This document shows, piece after piece, positions 58,231 to 64,000 of a stretch of DNA of 64,000 bases. The position numbers and the translations under genes were made by a program. How positions within the stretch are numbered: position 1 is the stretch's first letter; each line of letters begins with the position of its first letter. Location of the stretch: the IMG/VR virus record IMGVR_UViG_3300007511_000004, positions 32,001 through 96,000 of that record; one strand, 5' to 3'. The stretch comes from a virus. The notes beneath the pieces were generated by a model. The model was given only the letters and a program-made list of their open reading frames with translations. It ran no database searches and was not told where the DNA came from.

Positions 58231-59015
58231 TGCGGATTATTGCAGGACCGTGTCAACACGAGAGTTTAAGTCAAAGTCTAGATATTGCAAAAGAATGTAA
58301 ATGGGTATGTGATCAGTATGGCTTTGAATACATCTTCAAGGCCAGCTATGATAAAGCTAATCGTACACACGTTAACGGCAAACGAGGATTAGGGCTATAT
58401 CAGACTCTCTATGACTTCAAAGATATGAAAGACGAGATCCCTGACCTAAAGATCCTTACTGATGTTCATACAAGTGCTGATGTATATGCAATAGCGGATA
58501 ATATGGAACTGGCGGATGTTGTTGATATTGTACAAATCCCCGCATTCCTATGTCGCCAAACTGATTTAATCCAAGCCGCCGCAAACCGGTTTAAGATCGT
58601 TAATATTAAGAAAGGCCAGTTCCTTGCACCTTGGGATGTACAAGGCATCCTAAGTAAGACTGAAGCCTATGACATTGAAACCTGGATCACAGAAAGGGGT
58701 ACCAGCTTTGGATACAACACTCTCGTTAATGACTTTGCAGGCATGCAATATCTTCATAATTTGTTGGGCGATAACTTCGTTTACGATGTTACTCATTCAG
58801 TCCAGTCACCAGGAGGTAAAGGAGATTCTTCTGGCGGCAACCGTGATTTCGTTGCCGGTCTTAGCCGTGCAGCTGCTGCTATGGGCATTTCTTCTTTCTT
58901 TATAGAAGTTCATCCAGATCCGGACAACGCTCCAAGCGATGGGCCCAATATGATTCAACTAGATAAATTTCAACAGGTGATTGATGACATCGACCGCTAT
59001 TCTTATCCCCGCTAG
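58230..59015 (+). CDS. kdsA: KDO-8-phosphate synthase
   Basis: IAGPC, KASYDKANRT, QIPAFLCRQTDL, KKGQFLAP, ERG.SFGY, DVTHSVQ.PG, EVHPDP..A.SDG. Confidence 0.95.
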   Translation: MRIIAGPCQHESLSQSLDIAKECKWVCDQYGFEYIFKASYDKANRTHVNGKRGLGLYQTLYDFKDMKDEIPDLKILTDVHTSADVYAIADNMELADVVDIVQIPAFLCRQTDLIQAAANRFKIVNIKKGQFLAPWDVQGILSKTEAYDIETWITERGTSFGYNTLVNDFAGMQYLHNLLGDNFVYDVTHSVQSPGGKGDSSGGNRDFVAGLSRAAAAMGISSFFIEVHPDPDNAPSDGPNMIQLDKFQQVIDDIDRYSYPR

Positions 59016-59673
59016 GATCGGGTCTAAAAGGTTTCCGGGTAAACCTTTAATCCACCTTGATGGTGTACCTATGATTCGAAGGATCTACGATATTTGTAGC
59101 TCTACGGGTCTGCGCACGTATGTTCTTACGGACTCTGAAGAGATCTGTAAGGTTATCCCAAATGGCGATGCACTGATGACCGACGGTTATAGCGATCTTC
59201 CCCCTCGGAATGGTACTGAGCGCTGCTCAATCGCAGCGGCCCATATAAAAGATCTTGCCGAGCACGATTATTTTATCAACGTTCAGGGAGATATGCCAGA
59301 CATAACCCCCGAAATGATCCATAAGGTACGTGCTTTATTGGATCACTATACTGTATCAACGTTATATACGGATCTGCCTGAAAATATGAAGGAGGATCCA
59401 AATACGGTTAAAATGATAACCAACGGCGACATCGCACATTGGTTCGGTCGAGGGTTTAAATACGGGCATCACCACTTGGGAATCTATGGGTACCGTAAAA
59501 CCGCCCTAAAAAGTTACTATCATCGTGCTCCATCTGAATATGAAATTATCGAGGAATTGGAACAGCTAAGATGGTTCGAGGGGGGTTTACGGATAGGCGT
59601 AGATATGGTACAATTCAATGGTATCGAAATTAATACACCAGAAGACGCGGAAAGGTGGAACGCTAATGACTGA
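58984..59673 (+). CDS. kdsB: CMP-KDO synthetase (3-deoxy-manno-octulosonate cytidylyltransferase)
   Basis: IPAR.GSKRFPGKPL, NGTER, INVQGD.P, HLGIYGY, E.LEQLR, INTPED. Confidence 0.92.
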   Translation: MTSTAILIPARIGSKRFPGKPLIHLDGVPMIRRIYDICSSTGLRTYVLTDSEEICKVIPNGDALMTDGYSDLPPRNGTERCSIAAAHIKDLAEHDYFINVQGDMPDITPEMIHKVRALLDHYTVSTLYTDLPENMKEDPNTVKMITNGDIAHWFGRGFKYGHHHLGIYGYRKTALKSYYHRAPSEYEIIEELEQLRWFEGGLRIGVDMVQFNGIEINTPEDAERWNAND

Positions 59674-59710
59674 TAAAGCACTTTGGATGAATAACTGAGG
59701 GGGATCTTAA

Positions 59711-60058
59711 ATGAAAGCTGGAAAAGTATGGGGTATGACTGAACTCATTGAAGCCAATGGGGCTTTAGAGTTTCACCGTATTGAAATGGATAAGGGCGGG
59801 GTTTGTTCAAAACACCTCCATGAGTTTAAGTGGAATGGATTCTACGTCGAGTCTGGTAAGATGCTTATTCGAGTATGGCAAAAAGATTATGATCTTGTAG
59901 ATGAAACTATTCTATATCCTGGTGATTATACTAAGGTAAAGCCTGGGGTATACCACCAATTCGAATGTCTTGAATCCGGGGTAGCTTATGAGCTGTACTG
60001 GGCGGAGTTTTCTCATTCAGATATCAAACGGGAGACGGTTGGGTTTCAACAACACTAG
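59711..60058 (+). CDS. cupin (sugar isomerase/epimerase-like)
   Basis: K.WG, S.H.H..K...FYVESG, PGVYHQF. Confidence 0.7.
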   Translation: MKAGKVWGMTELIEANGALEFHRIEMDKGGVCSKHLHEFKWNGFYVESGKMLIRVWQKDYDLVDETILYPGDYTKVKPGVYHQFECLESGVAYELYWAEFSHSDIKRETVGFQQH

Positions 60059-60066
60059 GATCAAAT

Positions 60067-60624
60067 ATGAAAGAGCTAGAACCCGTTGGTATAACCTGTA
60101 GCACCTTTGATCTATTACATGCCGGTCACATACTAATGTTGAGAGAAGCAAAAAATGTCTGCAATTATCTAATTTGTGGTTTACAAGTAGATCCAAGTTA
60201 TGATAGAATATATAAGAACCCACCGGTACAGACGTTAGTAGAACGCTACTCTCAACTGGCTGCAGTGAGGTATGTTGATGAAATTATTCCATACCAAACC
60301 GAGAAGGATTTAATGGATATATTGCAAATGTATCCTATTGATGTACGCATTATCGGCGACGAATATAAGACCCGAGATTTTACTGGTAAAGAAGAATGTC
60401 GTCGTCTAGGCATTGACATTTATTATAATAAAAGGGATCATAGATTTTCATCTTCTGATCTAAGACAAAGGGTACATGAGAATGAACAGAGTAAGCGGGA
60501 GAAATCTCTCCGAGGGGCTCAAAGCGCTAAGGACTTTATTATACAGACAGGGATACGAGATTCAGACGGGGAGCTGGCAGGGTACGACCTCTCCGCCTAC
60601 GTTCCTGGAGATTCTTCACGCTGA
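60067..60624 (+). CDS. cytidylyltransferase (TagD/glycerol-3-phosphate cytidylyltransferase-like)
   Basis: FDLLHAGH (HxGH), YLICGL, ER..QL, R.H.FSSS. Confidence 0.85.
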   Translation: MKELEPVGITCSTFDLLHAGHILMLREAKNVCNYLICGLQVDPSYDRIYKNPPVQTLVERYSQLAAVRYVDEIIPYQTEKDLMDILQMYPIDVRIIGDEYKTRDFTGKEECRRLGIDIYYNKRDHRFSSSDLRQRVHENEQSKREKSLRGAQSAKDFIIQTGIRDSDGELAGYDLSAYVPGDSSR

Positions 60625-61264
60625 CCTCGTTGCTCCTATGTATAGTAATGCGAAGAGAGCGTCAGATGAATTAGAAGCAAGTCAACCCTGGGCTGATGTA
60701 CACTTTCGAGAACGGGTCGGCGGCGAACCTCTGAATCCTCCCCCATCACATACTATGTGGCTTAAAGACACTGAGAAATATATGTCGGGTGCTAATGATA
60801 CCGCATTCTCTCACTCCTACCCTGAACGTATGTGGGCACCGAGCGTCGATGGTATCCGCTTTAAAACTGGTAACCTGGGCGATGCAGTAGAGCTACTTAA
60901 AAAAGATAGCACTACCCGCCAGTGCTACGTTCCCATGTGGTTTCCCGAGGATATTGTAGCAGCCAATGCGGGAGAACGAGTACCGTGCTCATTTGGATGG
61001 CACTTTCTGGAACGTGGCGGTCAACTACACTGTTCATATCATATGCGATCTTGTGATGTAGTCCGACACTTACATAATGATCTATACTTCGCCAATCGTC
61101 TTACTATGTGGATGATTGAGCAAAGCGGTATGGATGTTAAGCCTGGGTATCTTCACTTCTCCTCGACCTCGCTCCATTGCTTTGCAAATGATCGTTTCGC
61201 ATTGAGGCGTCTTTCGGGTGTGACCGAATATAACTGGGATAATTTTGAAGGAGCAGCCGTTTAA
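60482..61264 (+). CDS. thymidylate-synthase-fold enzyme, dCMP hydroxymethylase-like
   Basis: VPC catalytic Cys; RSCDVVRHLHND places Asp at the specificity position as in T4 gp42 (RSNDVVFGFRND); SLH. Confidence 0.7.
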   Translation: MNRVSGRNLSEGLKALRTLLYRQGYEIQTGSWQGTTSPPTFLEILHADLVAPMYSNAKRASDELEASQPWADVHFRERVGGEPLNPPPSHTMWLKDTEKYMSGANDTAFSHSYPERMWAPSVDGIRFKTGNLGDAVELLKKDSTTRQCYVPMWFPEDIVAANAGERVPCSFGWHFLERGGQLHCSYHMRSCDVVRHLHNDLYFANRLTMWMIEQSGMDVKPGYLHFSSTSLHCFANDRFALRRLSGVTEYNWDNFEGAAV

Positions 61265-62559
61265 TGTGTGGACTTATTGCAGCAATTGGTTCCGAAATCG
61301 ATGTAGAGGCGTTACTTGAGACCATCGCCCATCGCGGTTTACCCGGATATAAAGGATATGAACGAAATCGGGACGTTCAGCTAGGCCATTATAGTCTACC
61401 CTTCGTCAATCTCGACCCTAACGTTGCCATTCAACCTCGAATGAATAGTAATTCGCTATTTGTTGGAGAAATCTTTAATTATGAAGAATTGGGGTTTGAG
61501 GATGATATTGAGGCAGCTTGGCAAACCTTTTGGATAAAGGGCATCCGAGAGTTTAATAGATTTGATGGCTTCTGGACATATGTCACAGTTATGGATGGGG
61601 CACTGTTCGGGGTAACCGATCATCTTAGCATTAAACCCCTTTATTATCGTACCGATGTAGATGCCATGGCTTCCGAGCCTGAAGTACTACGGGCATTCGG
61701 TCCAGTTACTCGTAATGAATTATTCCATGCCAATACTATGAAGTGGGGATACGATCCAACCGGTGGCACCCCGTGGAATGAGATTCAACAGGTTCCACCC
61801 GGATGTTTTGTATATAAGGGGCAAGTACACAAGTACTGGGATTGGAGGACTATCTCGCACACTAACTTGCGGGCTGATCTAATCGAATCAGTCGAACGAC
61901 GACTTGGCGGCCAACGCGATCTTTCAATCCTACTATCTGGCGGACTTGATTCAACTATCATCTATAAAATAATTACTGAAATCCTCAATCGTGATGTTAC
62001 TGCGATCCATGTGGATAATCAAGAAGAAGACTACGCCCGATTGGTTTCAAATGAGATGATCGAAGTTCGACTTGATGGTATCAGTGATGCAGACAGCGTA
62101 TCGGTTCACCAATCACCCGTGGATCTGGGGAGTACTAAGCCCCAGATCGCCATGGCCCGGAAGTTGAAAGAATTAGCCTTTCATGCAGTATTGACCGGCG
62201 ATGGTGCAGATGAACTTTTCGGGGGTTATCGACGCGCTAAAGAGTATGATAGTCAAGCTTCCGACATTTGGTGCGAGCTACCGTACTATCACCTACCTAA
62301 ATTAGATCGTACAATGATGAAGAGTACTATTGAACTTCGCGCACCATTCCTATCTCCTAAGGTAATCGTCCATGCTCTTAATACCCCCTATGAACAACGT
62401 AATGGTGAAAAGAAAGTACTAAAGGAAGCGTTCAAAGATCTTGTGCCACAGGAAATCTTAGATCGAGATAAACACCCTCTTAAGACCGATCAAATTCGTA
62501 CTGATCCAATGAAACAACGAATTATTAATGAAAAAATCTGGAGAGAATTTAATGGATAA
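61264..62559 (+). CDS. asparagine-synthase-like amidotransferase (Ntn GATase + PP-loop ATP pyrophosphatase)
   Basis: N-terminal MCG, HRG, GEIFNY, LSGGLDS, LTGDGADELFGGY, ELRAPFL. Confidence 0.9.
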   Translation: MCGLIAAIGSEIDVEALLETIAHRGLPGYKGYERNRDVQLGHYSLPFVNLDPNVAIQPRMNSNSLFVGEIFNYEELGFEDDIEAAWQTFWIKGIREFNRFDGFWTYVTVMDGALFGVTDHLSIKPLYYRTDVDAMASEPEVLRAFGPVTRNELFHANTMKWGYDPTGGTPWNEIQQVPPGCFVYKGQVHKYWDWRTISHTNLRADLIESVERRLGGQRDLSILLSGGLDSTIIYKIITEILNRDVTAIHVDNQEEDYARLVSNEMIEVRLDGISDADSVSVHQSPVDLGSTKPQIAMARKLKELAFHAVLTGDGADELFGGYRRAKEYDSQASDIWCELPYYHLPKLDRTMMKSTIELRAPFLSPKVIVHALNTPYEQRNGEKKVLKEAFKDLVPQEILDRDKHPLKTDQIRTDPMKQRIINEKIWREFNG

Positions 62560-62989
62560 GTGGGATACTCGTTATTTGAAATTGGCGAAGGAAGTCTCTA
62601 CCTGGTCTAAAGATCCTTCGACCCAGATTGGAGCAGTAGCCGTCGGGAATAAGGGCGAAATATTATCGACCGGATATAACGGCTTCCCTCGCCACATTGC
62701 CGATCTTGATGAAAGATATGAAGATAGAGATATCAAATATAAATACATCGTCCATGCAGAGGCTAATTGCATATATAATGCTACATATAATGGGGTATCT
62801 CTAAGAGACAGCACCATGTACGTCTACGGTCTCCCCTGCTGTTCCGAATGTGGAAAGGCCATTATCCAAGTCGGGGTTAAACGAGTGGTCATGCACGGGG
62901 ATCCTAATAATGATAGGTGGCGGGAATCTACGGAACGCACGCTAGGAATGTTTAAAGAAGCACTGATTGAATGGGAGTTTGATAATTGA
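62552..62989 (+). CDS. cd: dCMP deaminase
   Basis: SKDPSTQIGA, GYNGFPR, HAEAN, PCCSEC. Confidence 0.92.
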   Translation: MDKWDTRYLKLAKEVSTWSKDPSTQIGAVAVGNKGEILSTGYNGFPRHIADLDERYEDRDIKYKYIVHAEANCIYNATYNGVSLRDSTMYVYGLPCCSECGKAIIQVGVKRVVMHGDPNNDRWRESTERTLGMFKEALIEWEFDN

Positions 62990-63828
62990 AACGGATTATT
63001 ATTGTCGGTCACGGCTTTGTTGGGAAGGCAGTAGATTACGGGTTTACGAATCCACAGGTAGAGAAGATCATAATTGATCCGAAATATGGTACAGATCTTT
63101 CCGACCTAAGCAATCTTATTGAAACAGACGCAATATTTGTCTGCTTACCTACCCCCATGGATAAGGATGGATCGATCGATAGCGAAATCCTTGAATCGAC
63201 ATTGACCCGTCTTAAGGGTCGGATCACTGGTCTTGATAGACCTAAGGTAATTGTTAAATCAACCGTGACTCCCGACGTGCTCAAGCGGGTCTACTTCCGA
63301 GGCTTAGTTTATAATCCGGAATTCCTGACGGAGCGATCTGCAAATGAACAATTCATCAATCCTACTATGCACATTTTAGGTGGCAGACGCGAAGATACTG
63401 AAGTGGTAGAGAAGCTAATTAATGAATATTCTCTTTGTAGCCCCGCACCCGTTTACCATATGTCTATGTCAGAGGCGTCATTTGTTAAATATGGCATCAA
63501 CGCCTTCCTTGCACTTAAGGTCCTTTTCTTCAATCAGTTGTATGATGTCGTGAATGACGATGATGATAGTAATTTCGCACGCGTCATAAAAGCCATAGGT
63601 TCTGATCCGCGGATCGGCCACAGTCACACAAAGGTGCCGGGTTTTGATGGTAAACAAGGATTCGGTGGTGCATGTTTTCCCAAGGACATTTCTGCATTAA
63701 ATACCTTCTCAGAGAGGTTTACAATCCTCGAAGAATGTGTTACAATAAACAATAACTATCGTAAGAACTATGTATTAGACGATAGAGAGAAATCACAAAA
63801 TATTTCATACAGGGAAACCAATAAATGA
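62986..63828 (+). CDS. UDP-glucose/GDP-mannose 6-dehydrogenase family protein
   Basis: GHGFVG, CLPTP, KSTVTP, NPEFL, KY..N.FLA.KV, GFGGACFPKD. Confidence 0.9.
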   Translation: MKRIIIVGHGFVGKAVDYGFTNPQVEKIIIDPKYGTDLSDLSNLIETDAIFVCLPTPMDKDGSIDSEILESTLTRLKGRITGLDRPKVIVKSTVTPDVLKRVYFRGLVYNPEFLTERSANEQFINPTMHILGGRREDTEVVEKLINEYSLCSPAPVYHMSMSEASFVKYGINAFLALKVLFFNQLYDVVNDDDDSNFARVIKAIGSDPRIGHSHTKVPGFDGKQGFGGACFPKDISALNTFSERFTILEECVTINNNYRKNYVLDDREKSQNISYRETNK

Positions 63829-64000
63829 GTATTATGCAAAAGTTAAAGAAGAATAGTAGAGTTAAGTCCACCTCTATTCTATCCGAATCCAAATTCTTTA
63901 ATGAAAAGGACATGATTACAACTGATGTTCCGATGATCAACGTCGCGTTATCAGGTGCAGTTGATGGTGGCCTATCATCAGGTCTTACGGTCCTTGCTGG
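63825..64000 (+). CDS. uvsX: RecA-like recombinase UvsX (3'-truncated at window end)
   Basis: MSIMQKLKKNS...TDVPMINVALSG.VDGGL.SGLTVLA; not in ORF track because it runs off the end. Confidence 0.88.
   Translation, partial: MSIMQKLKKNSRVKSTSILSESKFFNEKDMITTDVPMINVALSGAVDGGLSSGLTVLA

Noticed and set aside
61264-62559. AsnB-like gene as a lasso-peptide cyclase
   Set aside because: It has an intact N-terminal Cys glutaminase domain, and there is no precursor, RRE or B2 protease nearby; the context is nucleotide metabolism.
1-64000. tRNA or rRNA genes
   Set aside because: Intergenic gaps are short and none shows a cloverleaf or T-loop signature by eye; tRNAscan was not run.

Overview
64 kb of a large T4-like myovirus genome. 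An environmental alphaproteobacterial host is inferred from DUF1127, an IbpA-like Hsp20 with a ROSE-like leader, and KdsA/KdsB. The + strand carries tail-fibre-like genes, the neck/tail/head module (gp13-gp23, gp3), the recombination/replication module (uvsY, uvsW, gp55, gp47/46, gp45/44/62, regA, gp43) and the start of uvsX. The most unusual element is a 12.3-kb, 17-gene minus-strand operon (13152-25456) with its own phage-type sigma70 promoter. It encodes four radical SAM/SPASM enzymes, five 2OG-Fe(II) oxygenases, a cupin, a flavin-dependent halogenase and a P-loop kinase around a 191-aa protein ending in CHYSCHYDCHTSRGRR, which suggests a phage-encoded RiPP-like or protein-modification system. 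Other notable elements: (i) a three-domain GT25 + PLOD-type GT + lysyl-hydroxylase enzyme in a genome with a proline-free, Lys/Thr-rich collagen fibre; (ii) a terminase large subunit fractured by an atypically split intein with an intervening endonuclease-like ORF; (iii) a putative cytosine-modification and sugar-nucleotide cluster (dCMP-hydroxymethylase-like, AsnB-like, KdsA, KdsB, cytidylyltransferase, UDP-sugar dehydrogenase); (iv) a second tailoring cluster at the left end (radical SAM, B12-radical SAM, SGNH-like, three paralogues); (v) an orphan antisense promoter upstream of gp55. All calls come from motif recognition by eye; no database searches were run.
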